From Octopus sinensis (Eukaryota), in NCBI RefSeq assembly GCF_006345805.1, contig NC_043006.1, positions 16,802,001 through 16,866,000 of the forward strand: 64,000 bases of DNA, written 5' to 3'. The position numbers were made by a program, and so were the translations under genes. Shown here piece after piece: positions 36,486 to 48,896 of the stretch (position 1 is its first letter; every line of letters begins with the position of its first letter). Below the pieces are notes generated by a model. That model saw only the letters and a program-made list of their open reading frames with translations. It did not search any database and was not told where the DNA came from.

Positions 36486-37937
36486 TATAGTGTGTGTGTG
36501 TGTGTGTAGAGGGATTGGACAAAATAATGGAAACATCTAGCATCATACTTTTGAAATGTCTATAAAACCTTCAAATGGTTGTTTATTTTTATGTTTTTTA
36601 ATTTATTATTAGTGTTGCTTAATATGTTCTGCTAAAATTGCTGTTTCTCTTCAGATATCAGAAAAAGGTATATCAAGGAGATAAAAAAAAACACAGAAAG
36701 GAGCAGACATAGTGCCAAGTATATTAGTAGGGTGTCAGCCAATACTAAAAGGCACAGGAAAAACTTAATTCTTCTAGTCTACCACATGAATACAATGACT
36801 CAATCTAAATAATCTACCAAGTACAGTCCACAACGCAATACACCCCCCCCCCCCAGTAGTTTCATTTATTTAAAAAAATAAAAAATGGAACTGTCAAATA
36901 TGTATAGTGCTGCTGCATATAGCTATATGAATGAGCATTATATAATTCAATACATGTCTGTGAGTTAAATTTAGCACACTGTACAAAGCTATTTGCATAT
37001 AATGGCAATGTTTTCTCATACGGATAATTATTATTTTTATACACTTCTATTGATTTCTAAATAGAAGACTTAAATATGTATTGTGCTGTTGTTGTTCAGC
37101 CCAGGGCTAATCCTGATAGAGCAGAGACTTCTGATCAGAAAATCCCTGTTATAAAGGGAAAAAAATTTGACAAGACAGTCAGTCACCGGCTGACACTCGC
37201 TGACGATACATCGAAGAGGCCAGGGAACAGAAGAAGGAAGACATGCACCCAACACCAGAGCTGAAGACACCTCCGAAAAGAGTGGGGCGCCACATCAAAA
37301 CAGTAGAGGAGTAGGGGCCAAAACCGGACGTGGTTCCTCCAGATGATGTCTTGAGCTAACTGGATCCTATAAAGGGGCTGTTGTGATAGCAGACCACGAA
37401 ACACGGTTGTAATTCCTCCCATTCCTACATTTTAGAATATCCTTAAGATTGCATAACCCAATGTTGCCTCCTTTTATTTAAAATGGTACAATGCAATTTG
37501 AAAGAGATTTGGCAGCTATTTTTAGCAAGTTAACCAATTCTCTGTTTACTTAGGTCTGTCATGAGTCCTAGGGCTTAATCCAGGTTGCATGACGTATAAG
37601 TGACTGAGATTACTACACTCAACACTTAGTGAGCACCAGTTCACTAAGCAGACTTACCTCTATCAAGCACAATATGTGTTTCATATTCACCTTATCCACA
37701 CTTAATGGTAGAATGACTAGGAACTTTAAATTTCTAAATATCTCAGAGAGACATGAGCGATGGTGGAGTGATAGAGCGGTTGTATACTGTCAACTTAACG
37801 TGACAGTCCCGTAAAGGGAATCACACCACCGCTATTTAGCCCTAGGAAGCATCGACGCTTCCTGTCGGCTTTGACACATTTCCTGTGTCCTTATATTTAC
37901 GAAGGGGAGACAAGCACCCCCAACAGCAAGGCCTGCA

Positions 37938-37984
37938 TCTAGAGACATGCACGTTTTTGAGTCTTTGTTCATCATCAGTCTGGA
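37938..37984 (-). ncRNA. Degenerate type I hammerhead ribozyme motif within the inverted sister repeat (about 37760-38000)
   Basis: Minus strand: tccaga CTGATGA tga acaaagac tca AAAA cgtgcat GTC tctaga. GUC triplet and stem III are present; G12 of GAAA is mutated to A. Confidence 0.65.
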
Positions 37985-38460
37985 GTAGCATGGCCTGCTA
38001 GCGGAAGATACCTGTCTAGACTAATGTGTTAAGATTCTTTGTAATATGTAACTACGTCATTAATACCAATACCAAATTACTAACTCCTTGACCATTTGAA
38101 CCAACCATATCCGGCATAAATATTGTTTTATATTCGAACTGGGCAGATCTGACGTATCACGTTTCCTTTACAATGACATTCAAAACACATACAAGAACAT
38201 CATTGAAATCTTGAAATTACAAGGTGATGCATGATTAATTCAAAACAATGTGAATAAAAAAGCATTGTGTTTGACAGAGTAATGTGAATGCTAAAGGGTT
38301 AATAAAATGTACATCAGAATTAACACCAACTCAGAATTTACAATTATTATTTTGAAATTTGATTTTGTTTTATGACAATAAGATAATTAAAAACTCAAAA
38401 TTCTAGAGACTTCAACCTTGAGTTCTTCAGAAACTCCTATCAATAAGAATTACAGCTCCC

Positions 38461-38879
38461 AGATCTTTTCAGTTTGAACGGCAATTTTTTCTAGCGGTGT
38501 CATATGAAATTGTCACCCATAATTATGACCCTAGTATCGATCTATTGCATTTCAATCTGTTTTAGGGTTAGGGTTAGTTAGGGTTGGGGGGAGGGGGGGT
38601 ATCTTTTTTTCTTCAGAAATGTAAATAAACCCAATCTGTTTCTTAAACGAGGGACATATTCATACAGCACAGAATGTTTTCACCTCAACAGATGTCATTG
38701 ATTGGTAGAAATTGAAGAAAAAAAAAAAACAACAAATATCTTACAAACTATAGAATTTTCTCAATAAAGCCAAGAGAAAAAGATGTTTTATAAACGCATT
38801 CTACCAGTATACGAAGTCTAAAAGTGTTTAGTTATATGGAAATTATTTTAAAAAACTGCCGTTCAAACTGAAAAGATCC
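38461..38879 (+). mobile_element. 419-bp GGATC-TIR MITE, copy B
   Basis: 8-bp TSD cagctccc/cagctcgc (7/8); contains ttagggttagggttag; ends 32 nt from the donor at 38911. Confidence 0.9.
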
Positions 38880-38911
38880 CAGCTCGCAACATAGACAAAT
38901 CACAAACTAAC

Positions 38912-39009
38912 CTCTCGCTTAAGAGACATGAAGAAAGATCTTTGGCTGCTGAGGTGAGTATGATTACAGAAATGATGACAACTTGGAGACCCCTCAACGA
39001 TTTGGAAGC
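38912..39009 (-). CDS. UBE2O: UBE2O exon (GFQIVEGSPSCHHFCNHTHLSSQRSFFMSLKRE), 98 nt, phase 1-0
   Basis: ctttcag acceptor and gttagt donor; phases fit; the pre-UBC segment. Confidence 0.92.
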
Positions 39010-39309
39010 CTGAAAGAAGTAAAAGTAAAATAAAGTTAGTAAAAAAAAAGTCGTCTTTATCATTATCAATGCTTTAACAAAACTTTTCCACGCCTGCATG
39101 GGTCAAATACAACATAGCTGAAGCAGGGTTCCCTACAGTTGAAAATGCTCTTCTTGTTACCAATCCTTACCTGTTTGTTTCCATGTATCTCTTTTACTCT
39201 TACTTGTTTCAGTCATTTGACTGTGGCCATGCTGGAGCACTGCCTTTAGTCAAGCAAATCGACCCCAGGACTTACTCTTTGTAAGCCTAGTACTTATTCT
39301 ATCGGTATC

Positions 39310-40290
39310 TCACAATAGCTATTGTATGAAAAAAAAGAAGCACATAACTATTTGAAAGAGTGACAAAATGGGTTCTGCTCCATATGCAATATATGTACAT
39401 TGTTTTTTCAATTGCATGAACTAAAAATCGGAGAGGGACAGGATAAACTACCTGCATCAACTTGCTATAAAAGCAGGTAGTAATTATACCTTGTCCTTAT
39501 TCTTAGTGCAAGTTTTGAAGAGTGCAGTTCGATTTTAACAGTTTTTCAAAGCTATAATGGAAGTGACAAAGGAGCATATTTGGCATATTTTGCTTTATGA
39601 GTTCAATAAAGGCTACAACACAAAAGATAGTGCAAGGAATATCAATACAATATATGGGGACTGGATAAGTGTAAGCCAGTGTCAACAGTGGTTCCAGAAA
39701 TTCCAAGCTGGAAACTACAGCCTAGAAGACAAGCTTCATCCTGGAACACCTGTAGAGCTTGACGAGGATGTCCTACAAACCCTTGTGGAACAAAATTCCA
39801 TCATAACTGTTGAGGAACTAACAGAGAAGCTTGGATTTGATCATTCAATCAGTCATTCTAGTCAGGGCTAGAAGAAAAACGACCATTTTTGGTTTCAAGA
39901 TGAAAGGTGTTCTTCCATCAGGATAATACTTGGCCATATACAGGTAGGATGACATTCCAAAGGCTGGAGCAGTTTGAATGGGAAATGATGTCCAACCCAC
40001 CATATCCGCTGGACATTGCCCCTTCTGATTATCAGTTATTCTGCAGTTTTCAAAATCATTTAGACAAAACAAAAATGAATTCTGTAGAAGAGGTCAGAAC
40101 AATACTGGAGGAGTATTTTTCATCATGGACAAGTGAATTTTGGAAGAGGGACCTTGTAAGTCTACCAAATAGATGGAAGAGCATTGTAGAAAATGAAGAT
40201 GAGTATATTTTTGATTAAAAAAGAAATTCGTTTATCTTAAATTTGAAAAATCAAAGTATAAAAAAAACTGCATTATTTACAGGATGACCC

Positions 40291-40292
<2 letters not shown>
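39310..40292 (+). mobile_element. mariner transposon relic (second family)
   Basis: ORFs 39557-39871 (HIWHILLYEF..WFQKFQAGNYSLED) and 39907-40218 (FHQDN..PPYPLDIAPSDYQLF); right end ggatgacccaa|ta. The left TIR was not located. Confidence 0.85.
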
Positions 40293-40349
<57 letters not shown>

Positions 40350-41466
40350 TACATACACAGTTGGTACAGAAACAAATGCTCCAAGAAAGGGAAAAAAACC
40401 TATCCCATTGTTATGAACAATGAAAAATGGATACATACAATACAAGTAACTTTTGAACAATTTCTTTTTCTTACATTACAGCTGCTCCTCACCACCTGCC
40501 CTTTATGTACTGCCATTATTTATCACCTCCTCTTAGACCCACTCCTACTTTTCTTTATCTTCCCACCTAAAGTGGATTCACCTTTGACCACCCAAATCTT
40601 TCATTCACAGCATGCTCCTCTAATCATTTGTCACTCTTTTACATTCTTGCAAACCTACCAACCCAGCCATCCTCAATCCTCTGTCCTTATTCTCTCACAT
40701 TTGCCTGTCCCCATTCTTTCTCATATCCACTTCTTGTATTTTGAGGTTATGCCCTGATACCACATCAAACAATCCTTTCTCTTTTTCTATTCAGAGTCAT
40801 GAAGTATCTTCTGTAAAGGAGACACATGGCTATCCCAATGAGGATAGCCATGTACCCTCTACTAAGCACCCGTTTGCATCCCACTCTCATATCTGAGCCT
40901 TTGAACACCTGGCACAAATCTACTTCCATCAAGTCTATACCTACCACTCAACTGAGTGATCTTGTGAGCTACTTGGTGACAATCATTAGTGCTGGTGTCA
41001 CAAAAAAGAAGGACCCAGAACACTGTAAAAAGGTTGGCATTAAGTGCATCTCACTGACGAAATCATCCAAAAGCAAATATTTAAGCATAATGCAGTTCTC
41101 TGGCTCATCCAACCCAGTCAAACCCTCCAGTTCATGTTAACCCTTTGAAAATGGAGCCTCATTTGGAATTTCAGTGCCAAGAAGACAAAGCCCTTTTCAC
41201 AAGGGCATGCACTTATTTTCAAAATAAAATATATATATATATCAAAAATTACGACCAACAGACGACGACCAAGAATCACTACTGTTGCTTCCATTGGAAC
41301 ACAAGGTAAAATCTATAATGAACTTCTCCACTACACTCGACAAAACAGTAAGGAACGACTATGGATTTTTTCTATTATACTCTTTATAATATATTTGATA
41401 AGGTTCGCCTTTTTAAGAACATGGATTCTATTGAATGTATGTAACAATTATGAACTGTTTATTATA

Positions 41467-41515
41467 AATTTTTTTGATAAGGTTCGTTATTTCAAGAACC
41501 GAAACATGTAAAATT
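41467..41515 (+). ncRNA. Minimal hammerhead-like relic (Penelope-type)
   Basis: ttt TTGATAA ggttc gttatttcaa gaacc GAAAC AT GTA aaa: perfect 5-bp stem II, palindromic ACATGT stem III and GUA triplet; the CUGANGA box has two transitions. Confidence 0.55.
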
Positions 41516-41885
41516 AAAATTTATCTAATATAGTGGCATTTTCAAACTTCTTTTTTACAAATATAATTAATTTAATAAAATCAATAAATTTCACCTAGTA
41601 GTATTTCGGTATGGAAAAGGACCATATTCGGTAAAAATTTATATAATTATAATAAGGGGTTTTTTTCGCAACAAGTTGCTTAAAAAAACTAAGTAATTAC
41701 TTTACATATATAAAACTAAATGTATTCTTGTAGGAAATTGAACGAACTAATACAATGTTCTTCATCATTCAACTTTTAGGCTGATAGATCGGCCCTGTCA
41801 TCATCTCCTAAGGGTTAACTGATGAGGAAAGAAAAAGAGAAACAAAGAAAACGAGAAAACATGCAAGTGAACTAAGTGGACTAAC

Positions 41886-42949
41886 CATTTTCATTGCAGA
41901 CTGCAGGGTCATGTTCAACAACGGTGGTGTCAAGGGAATTTAGGGTCTCTTTAACAAGGTTTGCAGCAGTGATGTCGATTTCATTTCCCTCTGGAGATTT
42001 CTCAGATGTAGCAGAACTAACATTTTTACAAGTATCATTAGAATCTGAAACATTTTTTATATCTGCCTCTGAGCTTGTTTGAATGGATTTGTTTTTATTG
42101 GGCCAACTGGATAGAGAAAACCAATCAAGACCAGGTGGAGCCTCGACATCATCGACAAAATCACTCTCAGTTTGAATACCTTTATCTTTATGCATATCAT
42201 CACAGAAAGGACTGTTCTTTGTGGCTTCCAGTATTCGTTTCCGCCATTTCTTGTTCACTTCCTTCAGCGTCCGACCAATTCTGTCCTGCAGCAGTTTTAC
42301 AAGACGTAAACACGAGTCCTTTGTATTTTCATTCCACTTTGTACAATCGGGATTGAAATTTTTAAAGTCCTGAGTTGAAAAGATCAACTCGTCAAAGTCC
42401 AATTGTATGTTCGGATCTGGAGAACTCCCTGCTTCTGTCTTTTTATTTGTTGGAGATTTCCGAGTAACCGGATTATCTAAAACACCAGAACTACAGGCCG
42501 AGCTTTCACTTGTGGCAGATGCCCCTGAGTCTTTGGAACTATCCTCTTTGGTTGTCATATTAGCTTTGTCTACACTTGATTCCTTACCAGCAACATTTGA
42601 GATGTATTGTTTTGTTGCCATCAATAAATTTGATGGCCGTTTGTTAGGAGAAGTTGTAAGTGGTATACAGCTGTCAGAGTGACTGTTACATGCTGTGTTA
42701 GTGTTCAGCCGTTTGTGTATCTCCTCAGAGATTTGTAAAACCAAATCATTGATATCGGGATCGACGAAATGATACATTTTTAACAACATATCGAGACTTT
42801 GGCAGTTGTAGAACATTTTGAGAACATTGTAAGGGTAGCCTGGATCATTGTTCTTGATCAAAGTCAAAAGGCGAGACAAAGCTCTGTTACCACGCTGAAT
42901 TAAATTATCCAAATGCTCCTTCCGTTCGTCATATGTTCCACACCGTGAA
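41886..42949 (-). CDS. UBE2O: UBE2O large internal exon, 1064 nt, phase 2-1
   Basis: cttctag acceptor, an open frame containing the 343-aa ORF, AATG|gttagt donor; phases fit both neighbours. Confidence 0.93.
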
Positions 42950-44269
42950 CTAGAAGAAATTAAACAGAAGATATTTAAGAAACCTCAGAAAATACAACAA
43001 ATAATTATATATATATAAAAAAAAAACAATAATGTTTATTTGTCAGAATTAAATTATGAGTCAAGCAAATGAAATAATCACAACAAAACTCAGATTCTGA
43101 GCATAGAGAAATCTTTTATCAAATCATCATCATCATTTAAGGTCCATTTTCCCATGCTAGCACGGGTTGGACGGTTCGACCGGGGTCTGAGAAGCCAGGA
43201 GGCTGCACCAGGCTCCAGTCTGATCTGGCAGTGTTTCTACAGCTGGATGCCCTTCCTGATGTCAACCACTCCGTGAGTGTAGTGGGCGCTTTTTATGTGC
43301 CACCGGCACAGGTGCCAGAGGACGCTGGCAGCGGCCACAATCGGCTGGTGCTTTTTACATGCCATGCAGTTTCTTGATAAAATCAATAGTTAAAAGATAG
43401 ATTACAATGTAATGATTTTCTCCCTACTCATTGATTGGTATATGAATATTGAAAATTGCATTATCAGTTATTATGATTGATATTATAATTACCTAGAGTG
43501 TGGCAGGCAGAACCAATAGTAAGTTGTAAGAGTATTTAATTCTATCTCACCATGTTCTGTGGGGGAGGGAGTTCAATATTGCTCCCCAATTCTGAATAAT
43601 AACATAAGTACCTGCTGTTGATAACTGAGGTTGATTCAATCCATTATGCCACTCACTGTCCAATATATGGCTGGGATCAATGTTAAAAATCATTATTATA
43701 ATCATTGTTACAACCAGTAATACTGATGCAGTCCAACAGTAAAGCTGGTAGCAAACATATTTCACAGTCCGATTCTGATACCCTGGTTGACTTGTTTCAC
43801 TAACATTATCAAAGGTTTCGCTAAATAAATGAACATCACAACTTCCTACACTCAATTCCCATATTCTTTTATTCTTTTACTTGTTTCAGTCATTTGACTA
43901 CGGCCATGCTGGAGTACCACCTTAAGGGGTATTAGTCAAACAAATCAACCCCAGGACTCATGCTTTATAAGCCTAGTACTTATTCTATCAGTTTCTTTTG
44001 CCAAACCGCTAAGTTACAGGGACGTAAACACACCATCAGTGGTCAAGCGATGGGGGGAGGGGGGAAACAAACACAAATACACACACGACAGACTTATTTC
44101 AGTTTCTGTCAACCATATAATAAATCTGATGGTTCTTGTTAAGAAATAATATATATTTGTATTATATATATGTATGTATGTGTGTATATATATATATGTG
44201 TGTGTGTATGTATATATGTATGTATATATACATGTATATATATACATACATATATGTGTATATGTATGT

Positions 44270-44605
44270 ATACTTTGATAGGTTTCGGCCATGTCTAACT
44301 TAATAGCACCACCTGGTGAAGTCTTTCAAGTCAGAATTTGGGCACTATGGCCCACTCAAGTAGAGAGTTATTGTTTACAGAGACATATCCAGGTGTAGGG
44401 GGTTTATCCGGGATTTCTTGAAGGAATCTGTCCAAAGACTTCTTGAACCCTATAGGGTCTGTTTCTGTTTTAATGTGTTTTGGTGTAATGTTAAAGAGAG
44501 CGGGGCCAATTGAGGTGAAATAATTGTGCCGTATTGTTGTTATGAGATGGGAGTGCGATTTTTGTTTTGGGCGGATGGCACGGGGCCCAAGCCTTGGATG
44601 TACCT
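44270..44605 (-). mobile_element. CR1-group LINE 3' end
   Basis: Minus strand translates [37 protein letters not shown], homologous to ORF 511-1077; the tail contains ggtggtgct..catggccgaaac. Confidence 0.8.
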
Positions 44606-44783
44606 TTTATATATACATGTATATGTATATATACATATATATATATATGGATATATATGTATGTATGTATGTATGTATATGTGTATATATATATATATAC
44701 ACACACACACATATATATATATATATATGGATATGTATGTATGTATGTATGTATGTATATGTGTATATATATATACACACACA

Positions 44784-44824
<41 letters not shown>

Positions 44825-45037
44825 ACACACTAATACAAAGGGACTGCTTCTCCTACACAAATACCTTTTAAGATGCTTCTAGTAAAATGGCAAAACAGAA
44901 GCAGAGCAAAACAAGGTTCCTGGTTTGTTTAGGAAAGTAGTAACTCTTTAGCAAAACTGATTTGGTTTATGATGTCCTGTTCCATGCATGGTACAAATGG
45001 ATGTGTGAATAATTATGATGATGAGGAGGATACTCAC

Positions 45038-45192
45038 CTCTGTTCTGCAGCAGGTTTTGGAGATGGAGATTTAGGCTCTAAAGTATCTGGATCTATTTCC
45101 TCTTCATTTTCTGTCACCCAACTACAATCACTGATGTTATCGTCATCTTCATCATCATCTTCAGAAGATTCATCAGAACTGATTTCACTCAG
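45038..45192 (-). CDS. UBE2O: UBE2O acidic exon (LSEISSDESSEDDDEDDDNISDCSWVTENEEEI..AAEQ|R), 155 nt, phase 0-2
   Basis: ttgtcag acceptor and gtgagt donor; SW.TE motif. Confidence 0.94.
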
Positions 45193-46742
45193 CTGACAAA
45201 ACCAAATAACACAAATAAAATATACATATATATATATAAGAAAAATAGTGAAAAACAACAAACAGGATTATTCTTCATTTTTACGTTATTTTTTTGTCCA
45301 TCCTAGTATGGAAAAACAAACATTATCGAGCAATTTGTTTTACAGCCAGATGTCCTTCCTGTTGCTAACCCTCACCTGTTTCTCAGATACGGAAATTCTT
45401 GTTTCACATCTTCAAAGGCACAAAACCAGAAGACGAACTGTTGTCAGGAAAATGACCATATCACCACTTGCTGTTCAGCAACTTTCAGACAAGCACAATG
45501 TAAACAAAATCATATGTACAAACACACAAAGAGCTTCTTTCTACTAAATCTAACAAAGATCTGGTTGGCCTGAGGCTACAAAAGACACTTACCCAAAATA
45601 TTGTGGTGCGAGATTGAACCTGAAACCACATGGTTGGGAAATGAACTTCACCTTACAGTCATGCCTGCACCTTTACCTCAACTAAATATTTATACAAGGA
45701 AATTTGGTTAGAACCTCGAGATATTCTGAACTCAAAAGCATAATTTTACACACACACACAAAAACCTTTCACTTAAAAAGAAAATGAAAATTCAACTCCT
45801 ATCGCTACTAATTATTTAATAAATAGAGTTTTAATAATAAGGCTTCAATATGAGAAAAACTAATTTTCCAAAGAGACAAGAAAACTGCTGTATTAAAATG
45901 TTTAAAGTACTTACAGCTACTGTATTCATTGTGCTCTCAGAAGACAATTTGAATCATCATCCTCATCAGTGTATGATTACCATGCTGGCATAGGTTAGAC
46001 GGTTTGACTGGAACTGGTAAACTAGAGACCTGCAACAGGCTTATCTGATTTTGGCTTGGTTTCTACAGCTAGATGCCCCTCCTAATGCCAACCACACCAA
46101 GAGTGTCACCAGCATGAATCCCTTTTATGTGTCACCATCATGGGTGCCTTTTACGTGTCAACTGAACAAATGCTTTTTATGTGTCACCAGCACAGATGCT
46201 TTTTACAGGTCACCAGCAAAGGTCCCTTTAAAGTGTCACCAACACAGGTGCCTCTAACATGTCACTGGCACTGTCCACAACTACGATTTCACTTGGCCTG
46301 AAGAGTCTTCTCAAGCTCAGCAAGCCTCCAATAGTCTTGATCATTTGTCATCAGCTCCATGAGACCCAACATCTGAAGATCATGCTTCACCACTTCATCC
46401 CATGTTTTCCGTCCTCATCCATGCATATCACATGACCAAACCAGCACAGTCTTCTCTCTTGCACACCACATCTGATGCCTCTTATGCCCAATTTTTCTCT
46501 CAAGACACTTACACTCTGTCATACATGCACACTGACATTGCACATCCAGTGAAGCATACTAGCTTCATTTGTTTCAAGCTTTCCCATGTCTTCTGCAGCC
46601 ATAGCCCGTTTTTCGCTGCTTTGTAGCATGCTGTGTAGCATAGCACACAGGCATCTCAAGGGCCTTTGAGTCATAGGTCTACTTGATCAAAACTAACCTG
46701 TTGCTAAACAACAATTATAAATGAAAGAACACGAAAACTAAC

Positions 46743-46877
46743 CTCATCTCCAACAATAAAAAGCTCTTGTGGGTAGCAGCAAGAAACTTTACTACTTGGC
46801 CATTTGATTAGAACAAAGCCCTGAGGATCTAGCTGATACACCTGACCAGCAGCTTCTATATCACCATTGCTGTTCTC
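46743..46877 (-). CDS. UBE2O: UBE2O exon (ENSNGDIEAAGQVYQLDPQGFVLIKWPSSKVSCCYPQELFIVGDE), 135 nt, phase 0-0
   Basis: tttttag acceptor and gttagt donor; GQV..V.W..PQ.L pattern of the conserved SH3-like region. Confidence 0.94.
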
Positions 46878-47072
46878 CTAAAAATAAAAAAAGATACAGA
46901 TAAAAAAAAATTAAATAAACATGGGTCTCTATATTTCACCCTCAATGCACTAATTTTCAAGATATTCTCCTAAACATTCTGTTATAAAGTATTTCTGAAG
47001 CAGTCAAAGTAACATCTTTAATCTTATTTGTTTCAGTCATTAGACTTCAGTCATGCTGGGAGTCTGTCTTAA

Positions 47073-47293
47073 CCCTTTCGTTACCAACCTGGCTGAAACC
47101 GGCTCTGGCTCTGAGGTACAAATGTTTTGTTTTCAAAATTTTTGAACAAAAATCTTCCACTAAACCTTAGTCACAATTTATGTTCCTAACACTAGCTGAA
47201 TGATAACTAAGTTATTTTACTAAATTCTTTGTTGTATTTAAAGTAATTGAAAGAAACACAGAGCATCTCAAAATAAATACGGTAACAAAAGGG
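47073..47293 (+). mobile_element. piggyBac-like MITE
   Basis: ttaa|ccctttcgttacc..ggtaacaaaaggg|ttaa. Confidence 0.9.
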
Positions 47294-47329
47294 TTAATGA
47301 AGTTTAGTCAAAAAAAGTTACTCCATAAC

Positions 47330-47642
47330 ATCACCATCACTAGTGATCACTCCAAACAACATGATTTTGACAGGATGTTTGATTTTTATCACTCTCGGTA
47401 CATGTTTTGGGAACATAGCAAGCCAACGGCTGTTCTGTGTGTTCACCATCTGTTCGCATTGGAGCTTCCAGCACATCATTTCCAAATTTCTGGCTGAGTG
47501 AATCGCATTATGGTGCTGTTTTTCTCACAGACGGTGCCCAACTGACCCTACTATACTGTGTAGTCGATAAAATCAAAAACAAACAATGCACATGTGTAAA
47601 ATTAAAAATATAAAATGGCGACAATTTACCCATCACACCCTG
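47330..47642 (-). mobile_element. Terminal fragment of the maT-like transposon seen at 53081-53942
   Basis: Shared ..ggcgacaatttacccatcacaccctg|ta end and interior. Confidence 0.85.
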
Positions 47643-48787
47643 TATATATATATATATATATATATATTACAAATAAATACAACAGGCTTCTTTCGGTTTC
47701 TGTCGACCAAATTCAACTCAAAAGACTTTGGTCAGTCCAAAAATATTTACCTAAGATGCCTGAACCTGGAACCATGAAGTTGGGAAGCAAACTTCTTACC
47801 ACACAAACAAACCTATGACCTATTCATAATATTCACAAAACAAGATGTAATGGGTATCTTGGGGAAATTTCAAACCTGGGTTCTCATTCCTAAGGTATTT
47901 TTCGATATTATTATTATTATTATTATTATTAAGCGCCGCCCCGACTGGCCTCGTGCTGGTGGCACGTAAAAAGCACCATCCGTTCGTGGCTGCTGCCAGC
48001 CTCGCCTGGCCCCCATGCCGGTGGCATGTAAAAAGCACCATCCGACTGTGGCCATTTACCAGCCTCGTCTGGCACCTGTGCCGGTGGCACGTAAAAAGCA
48101 CCCACTACACTCACGGAGTGGTTGGCGTTAGGAAGGGCATCTAGCTGTAGAAACATTGCCAGATCAGACTGGGCCTGGTGTAGCCTTCTGGCTTCCCAGA
48201 CCCCAGTTGAACCGTCCAACCCATGCTAGCATGGAAAGCGGACGCTAAACGATGATGATGAATGATGAAACAAGATGAGGACAAATGTCTGTCAAATGTA
48301 AATAATGTAAATAATTCCTCATCTCTTAAATATAGAACAACATGTAATGGTGTTTAAACTTCATCACAATATGTTTTACATTCTAAATAACAAGAAACAT
48401 TCTAATTTAACACCGCTCAACTAAAACTAGGTACCATTCCTGTTTGAAACAAAGAATATTTCCATTAAATAAAAGGTTAAAAAAAATGCCATAAGATTCG
48501 TACAAAAAGTAAAGTTTTTCCTTTTAAGTGTAAATAATATTTGTTTATGAAGCATCAGCAGTTGGAAACTACAACATTTCTAATTCCAGTTTTAGTCATA
48601 CAATAACTAAGGAGTACAATAAGACAATTGTAATTTGCATTTGGAAGGGCATCCAGCCATAGAAACTGTACCAAAATGGACAACTGGAGCCTGGCCAGCT
48701 CCTGTCAAGCCATCCAATCCATGGCAGCATGGAAAACAGACATTAAACAATGATGATAAATAAGGAAACAATTGATAAACTGCTTAC

Positions 48788-48896
48788 ATCTGCACCATCA
48801 ACTCTGATAACTGCATACCCCGGCCGGTACTTGTAATAAGGATGGTCTTTTATGTCATAGACACTCACTTCACTTTTTAGCGATATTTCTTCAGGT
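48788..48896 (-). CDS. UBE2O: UBE2O exon (R|PEEISLKSEVSVYDIKDHPYYKYRPGYAVIRVDGAD), 109 nt, phase 2-0
   Basis: ttgccag acceptor and gtaagc donor; VSVYDI.DHP motif. Confidence 0.96.

Noticed and set aside
37658-37733. AG..GTAAGT-bounded 76-nt segment on the minus strand
   Set aside because: It is not a multiple of 3 between phase-0 neighbours, has no UBE2O similarity, and the expected exon was found at 36206-36268.
38570-38600. TTAGGG repeats as an interstitial telomere
   Set aside because: There are only a few units and they are an internal part of the MITE in all three copies.
41815-41850. ctgatgag..gaaac as another hammerhead
   Set aside because: The intervening sequence is all purine and cannot form stem II.
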